A model generated the notes under the pieces. The model saw only the letters and a list, made by a program, of their open reading frames with translations. It ran no database searches and was not told the origin of the DNA. From positions 512,001 to 576,000 of the forward strand of contig CBDCNQ010000004.1 in assembly GCA_965219445.1 (NCBI GenBank): DNA of 64,000 bases, in the 5' to 3' direction. Position numbers and translations under genes: made by a program. The DNA is from Longimicrobiales bacterium (GTDB taxonomy: Bacteria > Gemmatimonadota > Gemmatimonadetes > Longimicrobiales > Gaopeijiaceae). This document shows positions 19,633 to 30,300 of the stretch, one piece after another (position 1 is the first letter of the stretch; the number at the start of each line of letters is the position of its first letter).

Positions 19633-20940
19633 TCACGCATGTCGAGCTAGTTCCTCATAAAGTGGGAATGAGGCGCACAACGTCTCGACCTCGGTCCGCG
19701 TCTGTAAGACTACGGCCTGGTCCGAAACGTCCGTCAGCACCGCGGCGATCCAATCCGCAATCTGGTGCATGTCTGGCTCCTGGAGGCCCCTCGTGGTCAC
19801 AGCGGGCGTGCCGATCCGGAGCCCCGAAGTGACGAAGGGCGACCGGGTCTCCCCCGGAACGGTGTTCTTGTTGACCGTCATTCCGGCGGATTCGAGGACG
19901 TGCTCCGCCTCCTTCCCCGTGAGCTCCGGGTGGCTCCCTCGAAGATCGACCATGAGCAGGTGGTTGTCCGTGCCGTCGCTGACGAGCGAAAACCCGTGCT
20001 CGAGCAACCGCTCCGCAAGAGCCTTCGCGTTGGCGACGACCTGGCGCTGATACGTCTCGAAGTCGGGCTCGAGGGCTTCTTTGAACGAGACGGCCTTGGC
20101 CGCAATGATGTGCATCAACGGCCCTCCCTGCAGACGCGGGAAGACGGCCTTGTCCACCGTTTTCGCGTGCTCATCCTTACACAGGATCATCCCGCCTCTC
20201 GGGCCCCGAAGCGTCTTATGCGTCGTCGTGGTGACGATGTCGGCGTGGGGGACCGGGCTTGGATGAAGCCCGGTGGCGATGAGCCCTGCGATGTGCGCCA
20301 TATCGACCAGGAGATAGGCACCCACCTCACGAGCGATGGCGCCGAACGTCTCGAAATCGATAATGCGGGGATAGGCGCTAGCGCCGGCCACGATCATCTG
20401 GGGTCGAGCCTCCAAAGCCTGCTCGCGAAGAAGGTCGTAGTCGATTCGAGCGTCCGACTCCCGTACTCCGTACGACACCACGTTGTAGAGTTGGCCACTG
20501 AAGTTCACGGGCGACCCATGGGTCAGATGGCCACCGTGACTCAAGCTCATCCCGAGGATCGTATCACCCGGTTCGAGCAACGCGAAGTAACCGGCCATGT
20601 TCGCCTGGGCGCCGGAATGGGGCTGAACGTTGGCATGCTCTGCCGAGAAGAGCCGTAAGGCCCGACTGCGAGCCAGTGCCTCCGCCTCATCGACGAACTC
20701 ACAACCACCGTAGTAACGCTTTCCCGGAAGCCCCTCGGCGTATTTGTTGGCCATGACCGATCCCATGGCTTCGAGGACCGCCCGGGAAACGAAATTTTCG
20801 CTCGCGATGAGCTCGAGCTGCGAACCCTGGCGTGCCGCTTCGCTGCGGATCGCCTCAAAAATATCGGCGTCAATGCTCTGTAAATGATCCATGGGGGGCG
20901 AACCTATCGTGCGAGCCTCGTTCGAGCCATAAGGAGACAT
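19633..20940 (-). CDS. glyA: Serine hydroxymethyltransferase (start may be ATG 20892)
   Basis: [31 protein letters not shown] site [14 protein letters not shown]. Confidence 0.97.
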   Translation of the reverse strand: MSPYGSNEARTIGSPPMDHLQSIDADIFEAIRSEAARQGSQLELIASENFVSRAVLEAMGSVMANKYAEGLPGKRYYGGCEFVDEAEALARSRALRLFSAEHANVQPHSGAQANMAGYFALLEPGDTILGMSLSHGGHLTHGSPVNFSGQLYNVVSYGVRESDARIDYDLLREQALEARPQMIVAGASAYPRIIDFETFGAIAREVGAYLLVDMAHIAGLIATGLHPSPVPHADIVTTTTHKTLRGPRGGMILCKDEHAKTVDKAVFPRLQGGPLMHIIAAKAVSFKEALEPDFETYQRQVVANAKALAERLLEHGFSLVSDGTDNHLLMVDLRGSHPELTGKEAEHVLESAGMTVNKNTVPGETRSPFVTSGLRIGTPAVTTRGLQEPDMHQIADWIAAVLTDVSDQAVVLQTRTEVETLCASFPLYEELARHA

Positions 20941-20979
20941 GCGGCCTGCGTCAATTTGGAGAAAAAGGGGCCTCGTGAG

Positions 20980-22029
20980 CTATGCATCGCGCACCCGCTG
21001 CGCTTCGGCGATGCGCCGACGAGCCATGCTGTCCGCGGCCTGACTGGTCGGGATATCTTCTATCAAAGCGTGCCCGAAAACCTGGAGGAGGCACTCGTAG
21101 ATGCCCTCGGCTTTTTCCATGCTCTCCTCGGCCGTCCAGCCCTTGAGTTCCCCGTAAACGTTACACATACCGCCCGCGTTGATCACGTAGTCCGGAGCAT
21201 ACACGATGCCTCTCTCGTGAAGCGCCTGGCCGTGCCGAGCTTCGGCCAACTGGTTGTTGGCGGAACCCGCGACGATGTCGACTCTCAGCCTGTCGAGCGT
21301 GTCATCGTTGATCACGGCGCCCAGGGCACACGGGGAGAAGATGTCGGCGTCGATCTCATATACGCGGTCGGGGGTCACTGCCGTCGCACCGAAATCGCTT
21401 ACTGCCTTCCAGACCCGATCGTCTTCGATATCGGCCACGCTCAGGCGGGCCTCCTCCGTGGCGAGGTGCTGGCAAAGGTGATACCCCACACCTCCCAGCC
21501 CCTGAACGACGACGTGCCGGCCCTCGAGAGATTCTTCACCGTATCGGAAGCGAGCGCACGCCTTGAGGCCCTGACATACGCCGAAGGCGGTAAGCGGTGC
21601 CGGATCGCCGGACCGTCCCTGCAGGCCTGTCACCCACTGGGTCTCCTTGTGGACGTACTCCATGTCGTCGGCAGACGTCCCGACGTCCGCCGCTGTGATA
21701 TAGCGGCCTCCGAGAGATTCGACAGCTCGTCCGTGGGCCCGAAAAATCGCCTCACGATCCGTCGTGTGCGGGTCCCCGATGATGACCGATTTTCCACCGC
21801 CGAGTTCGAGACCGGTGATGGCCGCTTTGTAGGTCATTCCCCGCGAGAGGCGCAGCACGTCGGTGATCGCCTCCGCCTCCGACTCGTAGTTCCAAAACCG
21901 TGTGCCGCCGAGCGCCGGGCCCAATGTGGTGTCATGGATCGCTATGAGTCCGCGATATCCGCTGGCCACATCACTCCAGAAGAGGAGCTGATCGTGCTCC
22001 TTCTCCGCCATCGCCTCGAAAATCTCCAC
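20980..22029 (-). CDS. Leu/Phe/Val dehydrogenase
   Basis: IHDTTLGPALGGTR, GMTYK, GGGKSVI, QGLGGVG, GSANNQL, APDYVINAGG. Confidence 0.92.
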   Translation of the reverse strand: MEIFEAMAEKEHDQLLFWSDVASGYRGLIAIHDTTLGPALGGTRFWNYESEAEAITDVLRLSRGMTYKAAITGLELGGGKSVIIGDPHTTDREAIFRAHGRAVESLGGRYITAADVGTSADDMEYVHKETQWVTGLQGRSGDPAPLTAFGVCQGLKACARFRYGEESLEGRHVVVQGLGGVGYHLCQHLATEEARLSVADIEDDRVWKAVSDFGATAVTPDRVYEIDADIFSPCALGAVINDDTLDRLRVDIVAGSANNQLAEARHGQALHERGIVYAPDYVINAGGMCNVYGELKGWTAEESMEKAEGIYECLLQVFGHALIEDIPTSQAADSMARRRIAEAQRVRDA

Positions 22030-22069
22030 GACCTCCCGACCCTGTGCCTAGAAGTTGTGTGGGGGTGGA

Positions 22070-22942
22070 TCAGTCCGCATACGTGTGGAATCCCCGCCCC
22101 GCCTTGCGTCCCAACCAACCCGCAGCGACGTATTTTCGAAGGAGTGGACACGGCCGATAGCGGTCGTCCCCCAAATCCCGATGCAGGATCTCCATGATGT
22201 TGAGGCAGGTGTCCAGCCCGATCAAATCGGCCAACGCAAGCGGTCCCATGGGGTGGTTCATGCCGAGCCTCATGACGGAATCGATCGCCTCCGCGTCGGC
22301 CACACCCTCCATCAAGGCGAACACCGCCTCGTTGATCATGGGCCCCAGAATCCGATTCGAAACGAAGCCCGGGAAGTCGTTGACCTCCACGGGGGTTTTT
22401 CCCAGCTCCGTGGAAAAAGCCATGACGGACGCAGTGGTCGCGTCACTCGTGGCCAGTCCGCGGATCACCTCGACCAGCATCATTACGGGAACGGGGTTCA
22501 TGAAGTGCATACCGATGACTCGGTCGGGACGGGCGGTTTCCGCGGCAATCGCCGTAATCGAGATGGAGGAAGTATTGCTGGCCAGAATCGCGTCGGCAGG
22601 AGCGATCCCGTCGAGTCGTCGGAAAAGATCGTACTTGATTTCCGCCTTTTCGGGGACGGCCTCGATGATCAACTGCGACCCCGCCGTCGCGGCGTCCAGA
22701 TCCATCGTGGGCCGGATTCGCTGCAGTGCCTCGTCTCGCGCGGCCCCGTCGACGATCTCCTTCTTCACTTGCCGATCCAGATTCTTGGAGATTGTCGTGA
22801 GGGCCCGGTCCAAGTCGTCTTGGGACACGTCGGTAATTCGCACCTCGTGCCCGCTCAGCGCACAGACGTGCGCTATCCCGTTTCCCATGGTTCCGCCGCC
22901 CACAACCGTCACGGTCTGGATGTCCACAGGATCCGCGCTCAC
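22070..22942 (-). CDS. hbd: 3-hydroxybutyryl-CoA dehydrogenase
   Basis: [46 protein letters not shown]. Confidence 0.93.
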   Translation of the reverse strand: MSADPVDIQTVTVVGGGTMGNGIAHVCALSGHEVRITDVSQDDLDRALTTISKNLDRQVKKEIVDGAARDEALQRIRPTMDLDAATAGSQLIIEAVPEKAEIKYDLFRRLDGIAPADAILASNTSSISITAIAAETARPDRVIGMHFMNPVPVMMLVEVIRGLATSDATTASVMAFSTELGKTPVEVNDFPGFVSNRILGPMINEAVFALMEGVADAEAIDSVMRLGMNHPMGPLALADLIGLDTCLNIMEILHRDLGDDRYRPCPLLRKYVAAGWLGRKAGRGFHTYAD

Positions 22943-24150
22943 ATGCGGCGGACCGAGAGGGCCACCGCATTACCTCCACCGAGGCAGAGTGCCGCCAGAC
23001 CGGTCTCCACATTCCGATCCTCCATCGCCCCGAGAAGGGTCACCAAGATACGTGCCCCAGAGGCACCGATCGGATGTCCGAGCGCCACCGCGCCGCCATG
23101 GACGTTGACTCGCTCGGGATCCATTTCGAGCGCCCTCATGTCCGCCAATGCCTGCACCGCGAACGCCTCGTTCAACTCAACCAGGCCATAGTCCCCGATG
23201 CCCGTTTGCTCCTTTCCCATAAGATTCTTCACCGCGGCGATGGGCGCGAAGAACAGATCTTGGGGGTCGGCTCCAGCAGCGGCATAAGCTGAAATCTCCG
23301 CACGGACCGGAACTCCATGCGCCTGGGCAAACTCGAGTGACGCAACGACGACCGCAGCCGAGCCATCGTTGAGCCCCGGTGCGTTTCCCGCGGTCACGAC
23401 CAGTTCTTCGATGTCATCAGGGGCGTCAGCCCCAAAGGCGGGCCGCAGCTTCCCGAGTGCCTCCAGTGACGTGTCCCGCCGGGGGCCTTCGTCGCAATCG
23501 ACCACGGTGGTGCCCCGACGTGTTTCGATCGACACCGGGACGATTTCCTGCTCGAACTTACCCCCGTCCATGGCCTCGATCGCGAGGCGGTGGGAGCGAA
23601 GTGCGAACTCGTCGGCGTCGGCCCTCGAAATCCCGGCCTTCGCAGCCGTGTACTCGGCGTGGCCTCCCATATGGCAATGGCCGAACGCGCACCACAGACC
23701 ATCCAACACGACACCGTCTTGCAGCGTCTGATCTCCGAACTTGATGCCGGACCGCAATCCCCGGAAGTAGTGAGGCACGTTCGACATCGACTCCATGCCT
23801 CCGGCCACGACCAACTGTGCGTCGCCTGCTCGTACCGCCTGAGCCGCAAGCATCACGGCCTTCAAACCCGATCCGCAGACCTTGTTGACGGTGACGGCCG
23901 GGATGGTCGCGGGCACCCCACCCGAAATCGCGGCTTGGCGAGCCGGGGCCTGGCCTTCACCTGCCGAGACGACGTTCCCCATGATGACCTCGTCGATACT
24001 CGCCGGATCGACACCGGATCGCTCCAAAGCAGCCCGGATCGCAATTCCACCGAGCTCAGGGGCGGCGAGGGGGGACAGACCGCCCAAAAAGCGACCGACC
24101 GGTGTACGGCCTCCACCGAGGATTACTGGTGTTCTCGCCTTTTCACCCAT
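22939..24150 (-). CDS. Acetyl-CoA acetyltransferase (thiolase)
   Basis: [31 protein letters not shown]. Confidence 0.95.
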   Translation of the reverse strand: MGEKARTPVILGGGRTPVGRFLGGLSPLAAPELGGIAIRAALERSGVDPASIDEVIMGNVVSAGEGQAPARQAAISGGVPATIPAVTVNKVCGSGLKAVMLAAQAVRAGDAQLVVAGGMESMSNVPHYFRGLRSGIKFGDQTLQDGVVLDGLWCAFGHCHMGGHAEYTAAKAGISRADADEFALRSHRLAIEAMDGGKFEQEIVPVSIETRRGTTVVDCDEGPRRDTSLEALGKLRPAFGADAPDDIEELVVTAGNAPGLNDGSAAVVVASLEFAQAHGVPVRAEISAYAAAGADPQDLFFAPIAAVKNLMGKEQTGIGDYGLVELNEAFAVQALADMRALEMDPERVNVHGGAVALGHPIGASGARILVTLLGAMEDRNVETGLAALCLGGGNAVALSVRRM

Positions 24151-24334
24151 GACCGGTCGTTTTTCTAGTGGGGTCTCACCCCGCCGGTGAAGCGGAGACC
24201 GCGACCTAATCTAGTGCTGTCTTCCAGAAGTGTCTCGGCCATTGATCTCGCTTCACTCGATCGTCTCGCGGATAACTCAGTCCGCACGACGAGCATGAAG
24301 GTCGCTCGGCTCGAGTGAACACCCGAAGCAGCAA

Positions 24335-25177
24335 TTAAGTGTCCGGAGCTAGATCCAAGAAGGACAGTTGCTGGCCCTGTCGGGGTCGTGAACGCCGTCC
24401 ACGCTTCCGGAGAAACGCTCTGAGGGCGTGGAGGTCGGAGAGTCCTTGCCGGCTCGCCTCATCGAGGAGCCGGATCAGAACACGCGCCGTGGCCAGGGCA
24501 TCTCCGTGAGCCCGGTGGCGATCCTCGACGTCGATCCCGAAGTGCCGCGTAACCGCGTCGAGATTCCGGCGCCGTAACCGAGGGATGAGCCGGCGCGTCA
24601 TCTGGACGGTACAGAGGCGCTCGACGTTGGGAACCTCACCGATGGCCTCGGCGAGCTGCCGGCTTATGAAACCCCAGTCGAAGCGCACATTGTGTGCCAC
24701 AAAAATGCGACCCTCCAATCGCTCCAGAACATCCGCTGCGATGTGGTCGAAGAAGGGCGCGGAGGAAACCATGCCATTACTGATACCGGTCAGTACTTCT
24801 ATGTGGGGAGGGATGGTCCTGCCGGGATTCACCAGCGATCGATACTCCTCCTCCACCACACCACCACGCACTTCGTAGATGGCGATGTCGGTCATTTTGT
24901 GTCCGCCCAGGTAGGGACCGCCCGTCGTCTCAACGTCCACCACCGCATAGCGCAACTTGGAGAGCGGGGTGCCCGGACCCGACCCCGCCATGGACCAGAC
25001 ACCTTCTCCATCGACTCGAAATCGTGAGTCGGGCCCTAAAAGCGTAAACACGGCGGCCGATGCCGCCCCAGGATTTCCGGTGAGCCCTAGAGCCTCATGG
25101 GCAAGAGCAACCGTATGCATGGGCCCCTTCTCGAGGACAGAAGCAGCCCGGTGAATCAGAACCCGGTCTGCGCTCAC
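24335..25177 (-). CDS. DEDDh 3'-5' exonuclease (DnaQ/epsilon-like) with N-terminal extension
   Basis: ExoI VVDVETTG, ExoII VAHNVRFD, ExoIII HRAHGDA; C-terminal QLSF. Confidence 0.88.
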   Translation of the reverse strand: MSADRVLIHRAASVLEKGPMHTVALAHEALGLTGNPGAASAAVFTLLGPDSRFRVDGEGVWSMAGSGPGTPLSKLRYAVVDVETTGGPYLGGHKMTDIAIYEVRGGVVEEEYRSLVNPGRTIPPHIEVLTGISNGMVSSAPFFDHIAADVLERLEGRIFVAHNVRFDWGFISRQLAEAIGEVPNVERLCTVQMTRRLIPRLRRRNLDAVTRHFGIDVEDRHRAHGDALATARVLIRLLDEASRQGLSDLHALRAFLRKRGRRSRPRQGQQLSFLDLAPDT

Positions 25178-25815
25178 CCGTCTCCGTCTTCCTGGCTCAA
25201 GGCGAAAGACAAGGCTTCGAGCTCCATGACCATGTTCACATCTTTCACGGCAACTCCCCCCGAAACCTTCAGCTTGGTCGGCGCGAAGTTGAGAATGCCC
25301 CGCACGCCCGCCTCCTTCACGTGCTCCATGACGGAGGGTACCGCCTCCACTGGGATCGCGAGAATCGCGATTTCGACTCCCTGGTCGGTCGCGACGGCTA
25401 CGAACTCATCGATATCCCGCACGCGCAGACCACCCCATGTTTCACCGACCTTGGACGCGTCGGAGTCGAAGATAGCTACCACATCATAACTGCGCTCACC
25501 GAACCCACCGTATTCCACGAGCGCCGACCCGATGCGCCCCGCTCCCACGAGGGCGACGCGCCACCGCCGGTCGAGACCAAGGATTTTCCTGAGTCGCAGG
25601 GCCAGTTCGGCGACCTCGTACCCGAGCCCACGCTTTCCGAACGACCCGAACAGCGAGAGATCCTTCCGGACCTGAGCAGCCGTAGTCGCACTCCGGCCGG
25701 ACATCTCTTCGCTGGACACCGTTTCTCGACCCTCACGCTCCAGATCCTCCAGAATCCGAAGGTAGAGGGACAGCCGGCGAACCGCCGATTCCGAAATTTT
25801 CCGCGAAATGGCCAA
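25174..25815 (-). CDS. rex: Redox-sensing transcriptional repressor Rex
   Basis: RRLSLYLR, QVRKDLSLFGSFGKRGLGY, GAGRIG, GILNFAP. Confidence 0.96.
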   Translation of the reverse strand: MAISRKISESAVRRLSLYLRILEDLEREGRETVSSEEMSGRSATTAAQVRKDLSLFGSFGKRGLGYEVAELALRLRKILGLDRRWRVALVGAGRIGSALVEYGGFGERSYDVVAIFDSDASKVGETWGGLRVRDIDEFVAVATDQGVEIAILAIPVEAVPSVMEHVKEAGVRGILNFAPTKLKVSGGVAVKDVNMVMELEALSFALSQEDGDG

Positions 25816-25847
25816 CTACGACCCCGTTTTTCCGACCATGCACAGCC

Positions 25848-25865
25848 TTGTGAAAATCTTCACAA
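25848..25865. promoter_or_regulatory. Rex operator overlapping a putative -10 of the rex promoter
   Basis: TTGTGAA-AATC-TTCACAA, a perfect match to the TTGTGAA-N4-TTCACAA consensus, 32 bp upstream of rex; TTGGCG-N18-TAATAT on the minus strand. Confidence 0.85.
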
Positions 25866-25924
25866 TATTAGCCAAAGAGAGCCGGGCGCGCCAATATTGC
25901 GTGGCGGGGTGGCCAGCACGCCGA

Positions 25925-26725
25925 CTAGGCGGTACGGGTGATGTATTCGGACAGGCGCACGAAGTCGTCGGGAGACAGCGTCTCGGGCCTGCGGGTAAGG
26001 TCCCAACCCGTTTCCCGGGAGAGGTCGTCCACCCGACTGCGAGAGACCCGTAGCGCGTCGTGGTCGCGGAGAATTTTCTGCAGCTGCTTTCTTCGCCACT
26101 CGAAGGACGCGCGAGTGAGCACTCGTAGTGCGTGCTCCTCATCGGCGGAAAGAGGCGGAGGCGCGAACGGAGTGATTCGCACGACGGCCGAGTCCACGGC
26201 GGGTACGGGCCGGAATGAAGTGCACGGCACACAAAGAACTCTCGACACCGATGCGACGGACCGTACCCCGACGGTCAGCGCCCCGTATTGACCCGTGCCG
26301 GGCTCGGCGGTAAGCCGGTCGGCCACCTCGCGCTGTACCATCAAAAGGATGTCCCGCGGGCGAGGGCGTTCGAGGGCCTTGAAGATGATCGGCGCGGTGA
26401 TGTTGTACGGGATGTTTCCCACCACGAGTAGGTCGGTCGGATCGGGAGCCACGACAGACCAATCCAACGTCAGGACATCCTGATGAAGGACGTCCACATC
26501 GGGGCGCCCACCCCACTCCTCCCGCAGCGCCGCTGCAAGCTCGTCGTCCAACTCCACGAGCAACAGATGCCCCGCGCGGCCAACCATGTGCCGTGTGAGC
26601 TCGCCACGCCCCGGGCCGATCTCCAATACGGTGTCCGACTCCGAACAATCCAGGGCCTCGACAATTTTCTGCTGAAGCTCGACGTCCACGAGGAAATTCT
26701 GTCCGAGAGATTTCTTCGCCCGCAC
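25925..26725 (-). CDS. rsmA: 16S rRNA adenine dimethyltransferase
   Basis: KKSLGQNFL, LEIGPGRG, GNIPYNI, MVQREVA, FRPVPAVDS; GTG at 26725 behind a GGGGAGG SD. Confidence 0.95.
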   Translation of the reverse strand: MRAKKSLGQNFLVDVELQQKIVEALDCSESDTVLEIGPGRGELTRHMVGRAGHLLLVELDDELAAALREEWGGRPDVDVLHQDVLTLDWSVVAPDPTDLLVVGNIPYNITAPIIFKALERPRPRDILLMVQREVADRLTAEPGTGQYGALTVGVRSVASVSRVLCVPCTSFRPVPAVDSAVVRITPFAPPPLSADEEHALRVLTRASFEWRRKQLQKILRDHDALRVSRSRVDDLSRETGWDLTRRPETLSPDDFVRLSEYITRTA

Positions 26726-26735
26726 TGTCCTCCCC

Positions 26736-28313
26736 TCAGGTACGGAGAACCAGCGCGGTTCGATCGTCGGTCGGAACGTAGGGGGTGGCGGCATCGGCGA
26801 GGTCGAACAGGACCTCCACGATGTGAGTGGGATTCGTATCCAGTTCTCTCATCACCGCATCGACGACGGCGGCTTCCCCGCTCCCCGGCTCAGGCGTAGC
26901 GAGCGTGTCGGACAGGCCATCGGTGAAGAGGACGAGGAGGTCTCCGCTCCCCCAGGGGACCCGCTCCTCCGTGTACGACTCGGAACCGGCGAATCCCATC
27001 GGCGGGTCAGTGGCAACGAGCCGCTCCAAATCGCCATGGGGTCGGAACACCCATGCGTGTGGATGGCCTGCATTCGAATACCGAAGCTCCTCGGCGACGG
27101 GATCGATCACGACATAACAGAGGCTCACGAACATCTCGGTGGTCTCCAGCTCACCCCTCAGTGCATCGTCGAGCTTCCGTAGCACCTCCGCCGGATGGGG
27201 AGACTCCAGGGCGTAGATGCTCGCGGCACTCAAGCACAGTGCCATAATCAGCGCAGCCGGGAAGCCATGAGACGAAACATCGCCGATCATCACTCCGATC
27301 TTTCCCGACGGGAGCTTGAACAGATGGAAGAAGTCTCCACCGACCAATTCCGCGGAAGCCACGCGGGCCGCGACATCCGCCCGGTCGAAGGCCTCCGGTG
27401 ATGGCAGAAGTTTCGCCTGGAGATTGTGCGCCAACTCCATCTCACGACTCATCCTCTCCTGCTCAAGGCTTTCCTGAATGAGCCGGTTGTTCTCGAGCGC
27501 GGCGCCCACCTGACTCGCGATCGCGGAGAGAAGCTTCTGGTCACTCGTCGTGAAGGGCTCTCCTCGCACACGCCCGAACAGGTCGATCACACCTACGATC
27601 CTCGCCTCGCCCGAACGTCGGCTGTAGCTGATGGGGACCGAAATATCCGTCGTGGGTCCTTCCGAGCGAGGATCTTCGAGGTCCCCGCGGCCGCCGAGCC
27701 GGGAACGCCCCTCCTCGAAAACCCGTGACGTGACGGCGTCCGGCACATGACCATCGAGGGGACTGGTGGAACCTGGGCCCACCGACGCAGTGAGACGAAG
27801 TAGATCCCGGTGCCGGTCATAGACCCAAAGGGATCCTCCCTCAGCGCCGAGCACGTCACAGACTTCCCTCAGAATGTCGTAGGTGGCTTCCTCGAGAATG
27901 AGTATTGAACCGAGCGTCTCGCTGATCGAATACAGTAGGTTGATCTCCTCATATCGCCCCGATAGCTCGTGGGTGAAGAATCGGACCTCCTGCGCGAAGT
28001 CGAGCGCCCGCTCGACCTCCGACTGAAGGAGCGAAGCGATGCCTTCCACCTCCAATCCGTCCGACGAGTGAATCTCGAGCTGCAAAGCAGGACTATCTTT
28101 GTGGGACACACAGCGAAGGACACTGTCCGCCAAGGGCTCACGGATCCCGTCGGAGGCACCGGTCGCCACGGCCGGATAGACCTGGGCCGTACGGCTGCCA
28201 TCCTCCCCAAGGCTCCACACGCGGAGATCCAGATCGAGCTGAGAGCTGAACTCGTCGAGGGTTTCGCGAACCTGGACTGGAAGAACAGGGGGAAGCCCGC
28301 CTTCGGGGCTCAT
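26736..28313 (-). CDS. GAF-domain PP2C/SpoIIE phosphatase (RsbU-like)
   Basis: GAF region; VGGDFF, GDVSSHG, NAGHP, FTDG, DDRT PP2C motifs. Confidence 0.9.
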   Translation of the reverse strand: MSPEGGLPPVLPVQVRETLDEFSSQLDLDLRVWSLGEDGSRTAQVYPAVATGASDGIREPLADSVLRCVSHKDSPALQLEIHSSDGLEVEGIASLLQSEVERALDFAQEVRFFTHELSGRYEEINLLYSISETLGSILILEEATYDILREVCDVLGAEGGSLWVYDRHRDLLRLTASVGPGSTSPLDGHVPDAVTSRVFEEGRSRLGGRGDLEDPRSEGPTTDISVPISYSRRSGEARIVGVIDLFGRVRGEPFTTSDQKLLSAIASQVGAALENNRLIQESLEQERMSREMELAHNLQAKLLPSPEAFDRADVAARVASAELVGGDFFHLFKLPSGKIGVMIGDVSSHGFPAALIMALCLSAASIYALESPHPAEVLRKLDDALRGELETTEMFVSLCYVVIDPVAEELRYSNAGHPHAWVFRPHGDLERLVATDPPMGFAGSESYTEERVPWGSGDLLVLFTDGLSDTLATPEPGSGEAAVVDAVMRELDTNPTHIVEVLFDLADAATPYVPTDDRTALVLRT

Positions 28314-28732
28314 GCCCCGGCCTCTCCCTTGAACCGCAGGACCATGGTCACTGAATTTCCCTGGGCATTGAACCGCACTTCATCCATCAGGGCCTTCATC
28401 AAGAAGATCCCACGACCCCCGGTCTTGGAGATGTTGTCCGGAAGAGTGGGATCGGGCACCGTCGTGGGATCAAACCCCATGCCCTGGTCCGTGACTCGCA
28501 CCGCGACCTCTTCGACCCTGATATCGACTTCGACCCGAACGCGCTTCCGGGGGTCGCTGCCATTGCCATAAAGCATGGCGTTGGAAAGGGCCTCGGTGAG
28601 TCCGACGCGAAAATTCAGGTTGAAACGGCGGGCGTAATCACAGCAAGTGGAGCAGTGCCGCGTGACATACTCGACCGCATGTTCGATCGAACGAATGTCG
28701 TTCGGCAACTCTAAAACGAGTTCCTGGTCCAC
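28310..28732 (-). CDS. Anti-sigma factor / Ser kinase (RsbW-like)
   Basis: EALSNAMLYGN, DQGMGFD, GGRGIFLM HATPase motifs. Confidence 0.9.
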   Translation of the reverse strand: MDQELVLELPNDIRSIEHAVEYVTRHCSTCCDYARRFNLNFRVGLTEALSNAMLYGNGSDPRKRVRVEVDIRVEEVAVRVTDQGMGFDPTTVPDPTLPDNISKTGGRGIFLMKALMDEVRFNAQGNSVTMVLRFKGEAGA

Positions 28733-28763
28733 CTACTATCCTCCGCTGGATCCGGACGGATTC

Positions 28764-29096
28764 CTAGAGCCCCTCGAGCGCCTCTTCCCGTGAATCGGCG
28801 ATCGTGAAGAGGGTGTCCAGCTTCGTGAGCTCGAACAGGGTTCTCAGGTCTTCGTTAAGGCTGGCCAAGCGGAACTCACCCTCCTGCTCACGAATCTTCT
28901 TGGAGAGAGACACAAGCACACCCAAACCGGAGGAGTCGATGTAGCCTGTCTCAGAAAAATTCACCACGAACCTGCGTTCCCCCTTCTCAAGCTCATCGAG
29001 GACTTTTTGCTTCAACTCCTGGCGATTCCCGACGATGAGCTGCCCTTCAACATCGATGACCGTCACGTCTCCCGACTTGCTCACCTGGAATGCCAT
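28764..29096 (-). CDS. Anti-anti-sigma factor, STAS domain (RsbV-like)
   Basis: YIDSSGLG phospho-acceptor motif, LFELTKLD; ATG at 29096 with GGAGG SD. Confidence 0.92.
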   Translation of the reverse strand: MAFQVSKSGDVTVIDVEGQLIVGNRQELKQKVLDELEKGERRFVVNFSETGYIDSSGLGVLVSLSKKIREQEGEFRLASLNEDLRTLFELTKLDTLFTIADSREEALEGL

Positions 29097-29270
29097 GGGT
29101 CCTCCGCTTAGGTTGGGGCGCCCGGCAACGCGGCCTCGCACGCCGAACGGGTAAAAACGATAAGAGATAGCGACCCACCGAGGCAATACTCACGTTTTGT
29201 CGCTTTACACCGTCTCGTTCCGTCAACCCGTATCATCGGTGGAATTCCACGGTTCGCGGGCCCTCGGAAC

Positions 29271-29771
29271 TCACCCCTCCGTAGGCCTACGCAACCGCCG
29301 TAAAACGGGTTCGGAAACAAACCGGGATACGTCGCCCCCAAGACGGGAGACCTCCCGGACGAGGGACGCGGAAAGGAAAGAATACTTCTGATCGGGGGTG
29401 AGGAATACGGTCTCGGCCTCACTCCACAACTCCCGGTTCATCTGGGCCATCTGAAATTCGTACTCGAAGTCGGAGACGGCCCGCAGGCCCCGGATCACGA
29501 ATTGGGCCCCGAGCTCTTGGGCGAGATCGACAAGGAGGCCTTCGAACTGACACGCCTCGATCCGGTCATCGTCCTGAAAAACCTCCTGGACCATTCCCAG
29601 GCGCTCCTCGACGCTAAAGAGGCTCCCCTTGGCCGGGGATGCCGTGTGAGCGACCGCGACAACCACCCGATCCGCGATGCCCAGTGACCGACGAGCCACA
29701 TCCTCATGCCCCTTGGTGATGGGATCGAACGAGCCCGGATAGATCGCCACAACCGGCTGAACTCGTGTCAT
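29271..29771 (-). CDS. coaD: Phosphopantetheine adenylyltransferase
   Basis: YPGSFDPITKGH, IRGLRAVSDFEYE, SASLVREV. Confidence 0.96.
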   Translation of the reverse strand: MTRVQPVVAIYPGSFDPITKGHEDVARRSLGIADRVVVAVAHTASPAKGSLFSVEERLGMVQEVFQDDDRIEACQFEGLLVDLAQELGAQFVIRGLRAVSDFEYEFQMAQMNRELWSEAETVFLTPDQKYSFLSASLVREVSRLGGDVSRFVSEPVLRRLRRPTEG

Positions 29772-30295
29772 GATTTCGCCTCGATAATGGAAATGAGGGT
29801 GTCTCCGTATCGGCGCTGACGGAGCGTGGGAGAGTCCGGAATCGCATCGGTTTTACGATGCTCAACCCAAAGCTGGGACGCAAACGGAGTCGTACCGAAG
29901 TTCTCGATCAAGCGGGCCGCAAACCCCTTCCCGTACGGCGGATCGGCAAGGGCAAGGTCGAAAGATCCGGCCTTCAAGCGGCTCACGTACTCCATGGCAT
30001 CTCCACTCAAGATCTCCACCTCAGGCACAGCACCGAGCAGTTCCGCGTTGTCTCGTATCGTCTTCAAGGAGCCTCGAGCCCTTTCCACGAACACCACGCT
30101 CTCGGCTCCCCGGCTCAACGCCTCGAATCCCAACGCTCCGGAGCCCGCGAAGAGATCCAAGACCCTTGCGCCTTCCAGGCTCGGACTCAGCGCCGCCATC
30201 CACGATTCCCTCACCCGATCAGACGTGGGCCGGACATCGCGCCCGGGAAGGGCCTTGAGACGGCGTCCCCGCCACCGTCCAGCAATGATTCTCAT
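29768..30295 (-). CDS. rsmD: 16S rRNA m2G966 methyltransferase
   Basis: MRIIAGRWRGR, RPTSDRVRE, LDLFAGSGALG, DPPY. Confidence 0.95.
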   Translation of the reverse strand: MRIIAGRWRGRRLKALPGRDVRPTSDRVRESWMAALSPSLEGARVLDLFAGSGALGFEALSRGAESVVFVERARGSLKTIRDNAELLGAVPEVEILSGDAMEYVSRLKAGSFDLALADPPYGKGFAARLIENFGTTPFASQLWVEHRKTDAIPDSPTLRQRRYGDTLISIIEAKS

Positions 30296-30300
30296 CCTAG

